From positions 1,696,001 through 1,760,000 of the forward strand of contig CAVQHD010000001.1 in assembly GCA_963712275.1 (NCBI GenBank): a stretch of 64,000 nucleotides of DNA, read 5' to 3'. The notes below the pieces were generated by a model. The model was not told the origin of the DNA. It made no database searches and worked only from the letters and a program-made list of their open reading frames with translations. The translations under genes and the position numbers were made by a program. Positions 27,544 through 37,146 of the stretch are shown in pieces. Origin of the DNA: an uncultured Rhabdochlamydiaceae bacterium (lineage in GTDB: Bacteria; Chlamydiota; Chlamydiia; Chlamydiales; Rhabdochlamydiaceae). Positions within the stretch are counted from its first letter, which is position 1. The number at the start of each line of letters is the position of its first letter.

Positions 27544-28785
27544 ATGACAACTCTATCACTGCGTGGCCGTTTCGCTGGCATCATTGGCAATATTTTAGGG
27601 CATTACGATACCGCTCTTTTTGGTCTTTTAGCGCCGTTTATCGCGCCGCTATTTTTCAATAAGAGCGACCCGGTGACAGCGCTCATTTTGACCTATGGAA
27701 TGATGCCTCTTGGGATTATCACAAAACCTCTCGGCTCACTCTTTTTTGGCTGGATGGGAGACCGCTTTGGCCGAAAGCAAGCGCTCTTTTGTTCTTTGCT
27801 AGGAATGGCCATTGTCACAGCTTCCATGGGCTGCTTGCCGATTTATAGCCAGGCGGGAATCTTAGCTCCCTGCCTTCTTGCCTTGGGGAGGATGCTCCAG
27901 AGTTTTTGCGCAGCTGGAGAGTCGACAGGAGCCTCCATTTTTGTTCTTGAGAATACCCCTTTGACTCAAAGGAGTTTGATGAGCAGTTTTTACGACGTCT
28001 CTTCTATGAGCGGTACGCTCATTGCATCAGGACTTGTCACTTTTTTTTGTATGCAAGGGTGGGCTGAAACGGGATGGCGCCTCCTGTTTTGGATGGGAGG
28101 GTTGACAGCCTTTTTTGGCCTGTTTTTAAGATTAAAAACCCAGGAAGGGAAAGAGTTTCAATCCCGGGCTAAAAAATGGAACCTTATGCAAACCTTGAAA
28201 GACCATAAAGGAGCTCTTGCCTCAATTATCATTGCCTCGGGCTTTTCTTATACAACCTATGCTCTTGCCTTCACCTTAATGAACGGCTATGTGCCGCTTG
28301 TGACCTCGCTTACAAAGGCCGACGTCATGAAGGTCAATACCGTTCTTCTTGCAATCGACATGCTCCTTCTCCCTTGTTTCGGTTATTTAGCGCATCGATT
28401 CGGTAAAGAAAAGGTCATGTTTGCCGGAGCGCTTGGCTCTGCCATCGGAGCCATTCCTCTCTTCTACTGCTTGAATGGAGCTGGTCTTGCAATGGTGACA
28501 ATCGTTCGACTCTCAATCGTTATTTGCGGGGTTGCTTTTGCAGCGCCATACCATGCTTGGAAACTTGAACTGATTCCACCCAGCCACCGGTACACGATTC
28601 TCTCCCTTGGGTGCACATTCGGCTCTCAACTCATTGGAGCACCGACGTCCGCCATCTGCTTGTGGCTTTATCAAAAACTAGGCTATGTCTGGGCACCCGG
28701 CCTTTACCTGATGGCCATTGGAGCTTTGGCTGGAGTCGTGATCTACCGATATGAGCGAAATAGGGTGGAAGCTTTGGAGGTGTAA
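27544..28785 (+). CDS. MFS transporter, MHS/ProP-like; probable thiamine or precursor importer
   Basis: GNILGHYD, KPLGSLFFGWMGDRFGRK and GRMLQSF..AGE motifs. Lies directly under the TPP riboswitch. Confidence 0.85.
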   Translation: MTTLSLRGRFAGIIGNILGHYDTALFGLLAPFIAPLFFNKSDPVTALILTYGMMPLGIITKPLGSLFFGWMGDRFGRKQALFCSLLGMAIVTASMGCLPIYSQAGILAPCLLALGRMLQSFCAAGESTGASIFVLENTPLTQRSLMSSFYDVSSMSGTLIASGLVTFFCMQGWAETGWRLLFWMGGLTAFFGLFLRLKTQEGKEFQSRAKKWNLMQTLKDHKGALASIIIASGFSYTTYALAFTLMNGYVPLVTSLTKADVMKVNTVLLAIDMLLLPCFGYLAHRFGKEKVMFAGALGSAIGAIPLFYCLNGAGLAMVTIVRLSIVICGVAFAAPYHAWKLELIPPSHRYTILSLGCTFGSQLIGAPTSAICLWLYQKLGYVWAPGLYLMAIGALAGVVIYRYERNRVEALEV

Positions 28786-28786
28786 A

Positions 28787-30640
28787 TTGAAGATGCTACA
28801 GAAAATTGCACATACCATTCGGCATCTGACGATGGATGCCGTGCAGCGAGCAGGATCGGGACACCCAGGGCTTCCTATGGGCTGCGCAGAATTAGGCGCT
28901 TACCTTTATGGAGAATTTCTTCGATACGACCCTAACCATCCAACATGGAAAGGTCGTGACCGCATGATCCTTTCTGCAGGACACGGCTCTCTTTTACTTT
29001 ACAGCTGCCTCCACCTTGCTGGATTTCCTATTTCTATGGACGATCTAAAAAACTTTCGCCAAATCGATTCAAAAACACCCAGCCATCCCGATTTGACAAA
29101 GACGGAAGGGATTGAAGCGACAACTGGCGTGGATGGCCAAGGAGTTGGGTTTGCCGTCGGTCAAGCCTTAGCGCTCAAAATCTCTAAAATAGACGCGAAG
29201 GTCGTCTGCTTAGCAGGCGATGGTTGTTTGATGGAGGGCATCTCTACCGAAGCCTGCTCCTTGGCAGGACATCTGAATCTGAATAACCTGATTCTCATCT
29301 ACGACAGCAACAAAACAACGCTGGATGGCTATGCGAGCGAGAGTTTTTCAGAAGACGTCCCGCTTCGTTTTAAAGCCCAAGGGTGGGACGTCATCGAAAT
29401 TGATGGCCATGATCTGCTTCAGATCAGAGATGCGCTTGCGCCGCTGAGAGCCCTGCAGAAGACTCCCATGCTGATCATTGCCCATACACAGATCGGCTAC
29501 GGCTCTCCCCATAAGGCCGGAACTCCAGCAGCCCATGGGCGTCCTCTAGGACCAGAAGAGATCGCTTTAGCGAAAACAGCGCTTGGCCTCCCCAATACTT
29601 CCTTTGAAGTCGATCCAGAAATCTATTCCTTTTTCCAGAAAAAACTTCCATCTGGAAAACAATCCTCTCCAGTACACCTCCCAGACAACTTGGAAGAGCT
29701 TCTGCAAACCATCCCCATCTCCTCCCCCCTTGCAACACGATGGGCCTCTCACGAAGTGCTGCAAGTCCTTGCAGACCATGTGCCTTATCTCATTGGAGGA
29801 TCGGCCGATCTTTCTTCTTCAGATGGAACCTATTTGAACAAGTACAAGTTGATTCAACCAAACTATTTTGAAGGCCGAAATATCAAATATGGCGTGCGAG
29901 AGTTCGGAATGGCATGCATTGCCGCTGGGATGGCCCAAACAGCTCTGATTCTTCCTTTTATTGGAACGTTTCTCGGATTTGTCGATTACATGCGCAGCGC
30001 CATGCGCATGACTAGTTTGATGCGCCTCAAGGTCATCTACCAACTAACCCATGATTCTATTTTTATCGGGCACGATGGCCCTACTCACCAGCCCATTGAG
30101 CAGATCGCTTCTCTTCGTGCAATTCCAGGCCTTCTTGTCTTGCGCCCTGCTGACGCAAATGAAGTGAAAATGGCCTGGCTTGCCGCCCTCTTACATGAAG
30201 GCCCTTCTGCCATTATCCTCTCTAGACAGCCTCTTCCAGAACTTTTTCCTCACCCTTATGAAGATGGAGTTGGACGCGGAGCCTACATCGTGCAAAAAGA
30301 AGTTGACGAGACAGTCGATTATTTACTCATCGCAACCGGTTCTGAACTCCACTTAGCGCTAGAGGTTGCAAAAGAATTAGGACCTACGACACGCGTTATC
30401 TCCATGCCATCTTGGGAACTCTTTGAGAAACAGCCCCCCTCCTACAAAAAAAGTCTTCTCCATGGCAAAATAAAGGTCAGCATTGAGGCAGGAGTCGATC
30501 AAGGGTGGCATAAGTATGTCGGCGCAGAAGGAATAACCATTGCACTAACTTGGTTTGGCGAGTCTGGCGCTGCATCAGATCTAGCCTCCCGCTTTGGATA
30601 CACAAAAGAAGCTATTTTAGAGAAAATTAAAAATGCTTAA
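28787..30640 (+). CDS. Transketolase-family enzyme with atypical motifs (start TTG 28787 or ATG 28793)
   Basis: SGHPG, LSAGHGS, GDGCLMEG, GVREFGM and THDSI..DGPTHQP motifs. SD GGAGG at 28776-80. Confidence 0.9.
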   Translation: MKMLQKIAHTIRHLTMDAVQRAGSGHPGLPMGCAELGAYLYGEFLRYDPNHPTWKGRDRMILSAGHGSLLLYSCLHLAGFPISMDDLKNFRQIDSKTPSHPDLTKTEGIEATTGVDGQGVGFAVGQALALKISKIDAKVVCLAGDGCLMEGISTEACSLAGHLNLNNLILIYDSNKTTLDGYASESFSEDVPLRFKAQGWDVIEIDGHDLLQIRDALAPLRALQKTPMLIIAHTQIGYGSPHKAGTPAAHGRPLGPEEIALAKTALGLPNTSFEVDPEIYSFFQKKLPSGKQSSPVHLPDNLEELLQTIPISSPLATRWASHEVLQVLADHVPYLIGGSADLSSSDGTYLNKYKLIQPNYFEGRNIKYGVREFGMACIAAGMAQTALILPFIGTFLGFVDYMRSAMRMTSLMRLKVIYQLTHDSIFIGHDGPTHQPIEQIASLRAIPGLLVLRPADANEVKMAWLAALLHEGPSAIILSRQPLPELFPHPYEDGVGRGAYIVQKEVDETVDYLLIATGSELHLALEVAKELGPTTRVISMPSWELFEKQPPSYKKSLLHGKIKVSIEAGVDQGWHKYVGAEGITIALTWFGESGAASDLASRFGYTKEAILEKIKNA

Positions 30641-30649
30641 TAATCGACT

Positions 30650-31846
30650 ATGAAAACTTCATTTTATATCGCTCTGATTGTCGCTTTTATCGACTTGATG
30701 GGGATTGGGATGGTTTATCCCCTTTTTTCTCCTATGCTGTTTGACACCTCTTTTGCACTGCTGCCAATGGAAGCCTCGAAAGAGGTCCGAGGTCTTTATT
30801 TGGGTATTCTGATCGCGCTCACTCCTCTGATGCAATTTTTCAGCTCTCCTGTCTGGGGAGCGCTTTCAGACCACTATGGACGTAAAAAACCTCTCCTTAT
30901 CAGCCAGTCGATCGGACTTTTAGGCTACCTCATTGGGCTTGGCGGTGTAGTACTGCAGAATGTCTATTGTCTTTTTCTTTCACGAGCCGTCATCGGATTT
31001 TCTTCCGGCAACATGTCGATTGTCCAAGCAACCGTTGCAGATGTGAGCCTGCCTGAGCAAAAAACGAAAAACTTTGGTCTTTACAGCATGGCTTTAGGGA
31101 TCGGTTTTACGTTCGGGCCTCTCATGAGCGGCCTCCTTCTTCCTTGGGGCTATGCAACTCCATTTTGGGTGGCTGTCACGATCGTCCTCATCAATTTAAT
31201 CCTGACATATGCTTTGTTTAGAGAAACTCATCTACAGCGATTTTACAAAAAGATCAGCTGGAAAAGCGGTTTTTTACAGCTGCGAAAAGTGTTTGAGCTG
31301 CAAGGGATTCGAACGATTGTATTTGCTTCTTTTTTGCACAATTTTTCTTGGAGCTACTATTTTGAATTCTCTCCCGTCTATTTGATTCAACGTCTCCAGT
31401 TTTCTTCTTCCAGCTTAGGATTTTTTTATGGGATCATGGGTGGAATGTACGCTTTAAGTACAGGCCTTCTGATACGACCCTTTATCCGAAGGTTCAAAGC
31501 TGAGGCTCTTTTCTTTGCAGGCAACTTCCTGACCGCAATCACTCTTCTGATCCTGCCCCAAATTGGGATTGGAATCTGGGTCTTTTTAATTCCCCTCTGT
31601 TTCTTCGTCGCTTTTGTGACGCCGACGTGCACCACCCTGGTTTCCAATCACGCTCCACCTCATATCCAAGGAGAAGCTCTCGGAATCTTGAGCGCTGTCA
31701 ATGCAGCGGCCCTTGCCATCAGCCCCCTCTGCGCGGCCTCATTTGTGGGAGCGCATCCTGTATGGGTCTTTGGGATTGGAGGGGCTATCATGCTGTTTGC
31801 CGCAGCCCTCGTTCTCGCCGTGTATCGAAAAAGGTTGCTGCAATAG
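30650..31846 (+). CDS. MFS transporter, DHA1/TetA-like
   Basis: MQFFSSPVWGALSDHYGRK and GIGFTFGP motifs; about 12 hydrophobic segments. Confidence 0.88.
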   Translation: MKTSFYIALIVAFIDLMGIGMVYPLFSPMLFDTSFALLPMEASKEVRGLYLGILIALTPLMQFFSSPVWGALSDHYGRKKPLLISQSIGLLGYLIGLGGVVLQNVYCLFLSRAVIGFSSGNMSIVQATVADVSLPEQKTKNFGLYSMALGIGFTFGPLMSGLLLPWGYATPFWVAVTIVLINLILTYALFRETHLQRFYKKISWKSGFLQLRKVFELQGIRTIVFASFLHNFSWSYYFEFSPVYLIQRLQFSSSSLGFFYGIMGGMYALSTGLLIRPFIRRFKAEALFFAGNFLTAITLLILPQIGIGIWVFLIPLCFFVAFVTPTCTTLVSNHAPPHIQGEALGILSAVNAAALAISPLCAASFVGAHPVWVFGIGGAIMLFAAALVLAVYRKRLLQ

Positions 31847-32049
31847 AAAGCTGAAAGATGCCAAGCAAAATTGTGGATGTATTCGATTTTTAAATCATTT
31901 TTGTAAAATTTTTATTGAGCAGCTCCAGAGAAAGGTAGAATTTGTGAAAATCTTTTAAACATATAAGATCCAATTCAAGAGACTGTGTGAATAGTCTTTA
32001 AGAGAACAGGTCAATGTGCTACTATAAACCATAAAATTTGGGCAATTCA

Positions 32050-32586
32050 ATGAACAAGACTGAAATTCTAAAATTAGCTCTCGAGTGTAGGCAGGATGAT
32101 GGATCTGTAGACATCATCTTGCTGGCTTCAAAAGCCGGCATAGACGTTTATGGGAATGAAGCATCGGATGACTTCAATGCCGAGATTATACACATATCTG
32201 CGCAGGACAAATTTGAAATACTCGTCAATACAAACCATCCATTGCATCAACAGCGCTTTTCAATTGCCCATGAATTAGCTCATTTTGTTCTCCATCCGGA
32301 AAAAATCAGAGAATACGGCAGTCTAAAAAAAGCAGCCGATCGTTACGACCCAAAATATTTTCCAGAAATAGAAAAAGAAGCGGATGAATTTGGGGAAGAA
32401 TTGCTCATACCGGAAAAATTGCTTCGAGATCATTTTCCTGACGTTTTCGAAATGCAACAAAAACTATCATTCCAAAAAATCCAAGAGATTGCCTTAAAAT
32501 TTAAAGTCTCTGTTTTGGTCGCTGCAAACCGGCTGAAAAAATTTAGGCCAGACGTCCCTTACATTTCACTTTCATATTCATCATGA
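32050..32586 (+). CDS. ImmA/IrrE-family metallopeptidase
   Basis: QRFSIAHELAH (HExxH) and EKEADEFGEELLIP motifs. Confidence 0.85.
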   Translation: MNKTEILKLALECRQDDGSVDIILLASKAGIDVYGNEASDDFNAEIIHISAQDKFEILVNTNHPLHQQRFSIAHELAHFVLHPEKIREYGSLKKAADRYDPKYFPEIEKEADEFGEELLIPEKLLRDHFPDVFEMQQKLSFQKIQEIALKFKVSVLVAANRLKKFRPDVPYISLSYSS

Positions 32587-32855
32587 CGCAAAGATTACCC
32601 TTTAAGAGCGATCGAGATTTGGAGAAGGCTAGGAAACATAATAAGTTTATGAGGCAGGAAAATCTCCATGATGCAATTCACGCTTCTCATATACTCGTTG
32701 TTAAATATACTCCATTTATCTTCCTACTTTTGTTTATTGCGGATTTGTTTCAACCCTCTTGGCTAAATACGACCTTGATTGATAGATCTGTTTACGCTGT
32801 GGGAGGAGCTTTGTTTGGAACTCTATTATCTCGGATCAAAGAACAAACGCTTTGA
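32583..32855 (+). CDS. Small two-TM membrane protein coupled to the peptidase gene
   Basis: ATGA overlap with the upstream gene; two hydrophobic segments. Confidence 0.55.
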   Translation: MTQRLPFKSDRDLEKARKHNKFMRQENLHDAIHASHILVVKYTPFIFLLLFIADLFQPSWLNTTLIDRSVYAVGGALFGTLLSRIKEQTL

Positions 32856-32857
32856 TT

Positions 32858-34621
32858 TTAAACAATTGGACAATCAGGAAGAAAACCCCCGGCCTGCATA
32901 TGCCACATGTGAGCATAGTGCCCTTTTTTGCTCAAAAGCTCCAGGTGAGATCCTTGTTCAATGACTTTCCCCTGATCGAAGACCAAAATCCGGTCCATTT
33001 TGGACAGGGTGGATAGGCGATGCGCCACCACAATTGTGGTCCGATTGGCCATCAGTTTTTCTAAACTCTCTTGAATATATTTTTCTGTGACTGAATCAAG
33101 AGCCGACGTCGCTTCATCGAGGATGAGGATCGGAGCTTTTAAAAGCATGACTCTAGCAATGGCAATTCTCTGCTTTTCTCCGCCGGAGAGTTTTGTTCCC
33201 CGCTCTCCGACAAGAGTTTGGTACCCATCAGAACACCTTTTGATGAACTCATCGCAATGAGCCAGTTTTGCAGCTTCAATCACTTCTTTCTGGGAAGCCT
33301 CTACCCGTCCATACCGGATATTGTCCTCAAGAGAGCGGTGGAAAAGAATCGGATCTTGGGGAATAAGCGCGACCTGCTGACGAAGAGATTTTAAGGTCAC
33401 CCGAGCAATATCTTGCCCATCGATCAAAATTTTCCCTTTTTCAAGAGAGAAAAAACGGAGAATCAAATTAACAAAGGTCGATTTCCCTGCACCCGAATAA
33501 CCCACAAGCCCTACTTTTTCTCCAGCGCCGATCTGCAAATTTTTATTCTGAAAAATCTTTTTCTCCCCATAGCAAAAAGAGACATTTTCAAAGACAACTT
33601 CCCCTCGGCTGATGGAAAGGCCTATCGCATGCGGAGGATCGAGGATATCTTGGGGGTCTTGCATGACAGCAAGAGCCTGTTTCGCAATGCCAAGAGATTG
33701 AAAAAATTCAGGGGCTTTATCTGCGATCACCCAAACTACCATGCTTAAATTCAACATCGTATAAAAAAGCTGAACAACCTCCCCTGTAGAAATCTTCCCG
33801 TGCGTCCAATAAAACACGATGAAACAAGTCAGAGTAACAATTTCTACAACAAAGGCAATAGAGAGAGCGGTAAACATCTTCGCAGAGTAGGTTTGCGCCA
33901 GACGGTTTGCTTTTTGTTCTCCTCTTTGATACTGAGTGATATGGTCTTTTTCAAAACGAAATCGAAAGAAGAGATTCACAACGAAGTTATTGGTTAGGCT
34001 ATCGACAACTTTGCCAACAAGCGTACTCCTAGATTCTCCATGGAGATAAGAGTATTTGGTGCATTTTAAAGTGAATATCCAGCTCAGCGTAAAGTGGATT
34101 GCAATCCAAATCCCCACAATGAGCGCAAGGAATCCGTTCATCTGTGAGAAAATAACAATTGCCATAGAGCAGTTTAAGAAAGAGGGGATGAAAAGGATCA
34201 AAACGATTCGGAGCATGCTGCTCGTCGTCAAAACCATATCCCCAATTTTATTCGCCAAACTCCCTGAAAAATGTTCATTGAAATATCTTGGAGAATGCCT
34301 CTGAATGTGATCAAACATCGTCATGCGAATGTCTGCTTCCAGTTTAGGAAAGGCGCGCGCTGTCAGAAAATCTCTTGAGCGAAATGCGCTCTCCATAAAA
34401 ACCCAACCACCTGCACCCCATAGGAGGAGAATTTTTAAAAAGGGCCAGGCGGACAAACGATCGATATCATAGGTTGTCAAAACATCGACGATCTTCCTCA
34501 GAAAAAAGGGCCAAAATAGGATCTCGAACGTCCATGTGAAGGAAAGAAGCAGCACGATGGTAAATATCCACCGCTGCGTCCGTACAAACCTCCAAATAAA
34601 ATCTATTAAGTTTGTTTTCAT
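32858..34621 (-). CDS. ABC exporter, fused permease and ATPase (MsbA/MdlB-like)
   Basis: GYSGAGKS, LSGGEKQR, LILDEATSALD and AHRLST motifs; N-terminal TM domain. Confidence 0.93.
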   Translation of the reverse strand: MKTNLIDFIWRFVRTQRWIFTIVLLLSFTWTFEILFWPFFLRKIVDVLTTYDIDRLSAWPFLKILLLWGAGGWVFMESAFRSRDFLTARAFPKLEADIRMTMFDHIQRHSPRYFNEHFSGSLANKIGDMVLTTSSMLRIVLILFIPSFLNCSMAIVIFSQMNGFLALIVGIWIAIHFTLSWIFTLKCTKYSYLHGESRSTLVGKVVDSLTNNFVVNLFFRFRFEKDHITQYQRGEQKANRLAQTYSAKMFTALSIAFVVEIVTLTCFIVFYWTHGKISTGEVVQLFYTMLNLSMVVWVIADKAPEFFQSLGIAKQALAVMQDPQDILDPPHAIGLSISRGEVVFENVSFCYGEKKIFQNKNLQIGAGEKVGLVGYSGAGKSTFVNLILRFFSLEKGKILIDGQDIARVTLKSLRQQVALIPQDPILFHRSLEDNIRYGRVEASQKEVIEAAKLAHCDEFIKRCSDGYQTLVGERGTKLSGGEKQRIAIARVMLLKAPILILDEATSALDSVTEKYIQESLEKLMANRTTIVVAHRLSTLSKMDRILVFDQGKVIEQGSHLELLSKKGHYAHMWHMQAGGFLPDCPIV

Positions 34622-36042
34622 AGGTTGGCAATATCAATCATACGGTAAAAATAACGGCTGCTCAAGAGGGCATCGGAGACTGGGCCCAGATAAAACAGGA
34701 CCGGCGAGATCCCAAAGCCTTTTGGAAGTGAGAGAGCGGCTATTTTGGTTTTCATGTCATCGATGATTTCGAGACCTAGCTCACGACGGCGCATTTTAAC
34801 TTCGCAGACAAAAAGCGTGTTTGAGTGCATTTGAATTAGGTAATCAATTTGACACCCTTTTTTTCGACCCGAGGCTTTTTGGACATACGGATTATCCATG
34901 GCAATATCTTGGGCATGTATTCCAAGCGCCCGATAAATAAGAGGCCTATTTTTTAGTAGAAGATTTTCAAGTTGGAACCCAAGCATCGGCTCCCATCCAG
35001 GCAAGCTGGAAAGCGGCACTTCTAAAAATGCCCCTTGCTCAATTTTTGCAAGGTTAGGTTCGATATAATGGATATAGAAACGAAGGTAGTTGTCAGAAAG
35101 GCGGTATAGAATTGATTTTCCAGCTTTGCCCGTTTTTAAAGACCAATTAGGGTGCTTACTCACAAATCCGCAGATTTCAAGGGCCTTAAGGTGCTGACTC
35201 AAAGTACCGCTTGAAGAATAAGCGATTTTCTTTTGAAGCGCTCTTCGATTCTTCATTCCTTGACTTAGAGCTGTAATGATCTTCTTGTAGACTTCTCCTC
35301 TTGAGCTGAAAAGATCGTTAAAAATCCGGTCAAACTCATGAACTAGAAGGCCGTTTTTCTCAAAACAGAGCCGTTTAATGTTCTCATCAGCGCTTTGGTG
35401 CGCTTGTATCTGCTCTAGATACCAAGGCACTCCACCAGTGACGCTCAGAATTTTAAAAAAATCGAGATCTGATCCTTTAAACCCCTGAAGGTTCAATAGC
35501 TCTTTACTTTGAGGAATGGATAGCTCCGCGAGTTCCAGATAAAGGGAAACCCGTCCAAAAAAAGCTGTGCTGTTGATGATATTTTTATCGACCCAGGTTG
35601 AAATGGAGCTGCATAAAATAAGGACGATAGAGGGGTGGTTTTGCAAGACAAGATCCCACCAATTTTTTAATTTGGATGTGAAAGTAGGGTCTTTCGAGCC
35701 CATCCACGAAACCTCATCAAAAAGAACGACCGTCGGTTGCTTTGTCAGATATCTTGAAAGGTGGGCAAAAGCATCGCTCCAATCGACAAAAGTAAGAGGA
35801 GGAAGATGGAATAAAGCCGTTAATTGACGTGCAAAAGCGTCACGCTGATCTTGAGCTGTGACTCCTTTAACTGGAGCAAGTCCGCTGAAGGGCAAGAACA
35901 GTTTATCTTTTCCAAACTCTTCAACAAGACGACTTTTTCCTATCCGGCGGCGCCCCTTAATGACCACCAAACAGGCCCGACCCGATTGAGAAAGATCCTT
36001 GAGTCTTTGCAGCTCTTGATCTCTTCCAACAAATGGCTTCAT
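34618..36042 (-). CDS. AAA-type ATPase with C-terminal PD-(D/E)XK-like domain (DUF234 type)
   Basis: FVGR..EL, GRRRIGKS, FDE, TGGVPWYL and QIDYLI...VCEVK motifs. Confidence 0.85.
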   Translation of the reverse strand: MKPFVGRDQELQRLKDLSQSGRACLVVIKGRRRIGKSRLVEEFGKDKLFLPFSGLAPVKGVTAQDQRDAFARQLTALFHLPPLTFVDWSDAFAHLSRYLTKQPTVVLFDEVSWMGSKDPTFTSKLKNWWDLVLQNHPSIVLILCSSISTWVDKNIINSTAFFGRVSLYLELAELSIPQSKELLNLQGFKGSDLDFFKILSVTGGVPWYLEQIQAHQSADENIKRLCFEKNGLLVHEFDRIFNDLFSSRGEVYKKIITALSQGMKNRRALQKKIAYSSSGTLSQHLKALEICGFVSKHPNWSLKTGKAGKSILYRLSDNYLRFYIHYIEPNLAKIEQGAFLEVPLSSLPGWEPMLGFQLENLLLKNRPLIYRALGIHAQDIAMDNPYVQKASGRKKGCQIDYLIQMHSNTLFVCEVKMRRRELGLEIIDDMKTKIAALSLPKGFGISPVLFYLGPVSDALLSSRYFYRMIDIANL

Positions 36043-36122
36043 GTGACCATACTAATTGAGCAGGATGTTGATGTCAACTGATTATGCTCAAAACTAACAT
36101 TTGTCAGTTTTGAGCATAATCA
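36043..36122 (-). promoter_or_regulatory. Sigma-70-type promoter with an upstream 17-bp inverted repeat
   Basis: TTGACA(36077-72)-17 nt-TAGTAT(36054-49)-6 nt-ATG. Perfect IR arms at 36079-36095 and 36106-36122. Confidence 0.75.
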
Positions 36123-36160
36123 AATCATAACCTGTTTGTTTTAAGCTAGATATAATCTTA

Positions 36161-37033
36161 TTAAATTGTGAAGACACGGCGTAATTCGCGCACAAATTGA
36201 TCAAACCGCTCTTGCAAATGTTTGCCAGTATGTCGATAAATTGCAAGAACACGGTATTGAGATGCGGCCGGCTGCCATAGAACGGGGTTTAGATTTAATT
36301 TCTTCGCTAGAAAATCCGGCAAAAACCCTATTTCTTTGGACTCAGAGCAGATATTGGCAATGAGCGACCAACTTGGGATACGGGATTTGACGGGCAGGGG
36401 GTATCCATGAACCTGCTGCCAACTTTGCTGCAACGATAAAACTTCCATTTGATCTTCAGGCAGTAAAACCGGTTTTAAGGGGGCATCTTTATCACTGGAA
36501 TAAAGTTGAAAATGACCTTTTCCAACTTCGGCAGCAATGACCCCTTTCCAAGGCGCATTGTCAAGAACAAGAGCAATATCGGCCTCATCATGCAAAATGG
36601 CTGCATAGGCGTGGTCAGGCCGCATGTGTTTAAAGTCAATATGATCAATGGAAAGAAGCGCCGGCACTGCAATTTGTGCAATGGCGTGAGTTGTGACAAG
36701 ACGCATCGGTATCTGATCTTTTGAAATAATCAAATCTCGCAGCTGTTTGACCCAATTTTCCAGCCTGGGGAAGAGAATTTGTCCTTCTCGAGTCAGCCGA
36801 AATTGCCGCTTTTCGTGAGTGCATAGCGGCAGGCCAAAAGCGGCTTCCACCCGTTGAATCGCTGTACTTGTCGCGCTTTGGCTTAAGTGATGGAATAAAG
36901 CCGATTTCCCAAGGTTTTTCATATGAGCTGCTGTAATAAATAATTCGACATCAGCAACACGTAAATTTTTTAATGAACTCTCAAGTTTCTGCAATAAGAC
37001 TTCCTCGGGCAGTAGAGTGGGTAATTCTTTCAC
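36161..37033 (-). CDS. LysR-family transcriptional regulator (divergent)
   Basis: HLSQSATSTAIQRVEAAFGLPL...FRLTREG HTH. GTG start with SD AGGAG. Divergent from the NTT gene. Confidence 0.8.
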   Translation of the reverse strand: MKELPTLLPEEVLLQKLESSLKNLRVADVELFITAAHMKNLGKSALFHHLSQSATSTAIQRVEAAFGLPLCTHEKRQFRLTREGQILFPRLENWVKQLRDLIISKDQIPMRLVTTHAIAQIAVPALLSIDHIDFKHMRPDHAYAAILHDEADIALVLDNAPWKGVIAAEVGKGHFQLYSSDKDAPLKPVLLPEDQMEVLSLQQSWQQVHGYPLPVKSRIPSWSLIANICSESKEIGFLPDFLAKKLNLNPVLWQPAASQYRVLAIYRHTGKHLQERFDQFVRELRRVFTI

Positions 37034-37146
37034 AAAAAACTCCTGAGATTCAAATCGATTTTTTCGATATTTGAAATCGAATATATCAACAGCACAAATA
37101 AAAACAAAGAGGCTATCCTGACCTTTTTGTTAAAGGAGTCAGATTT

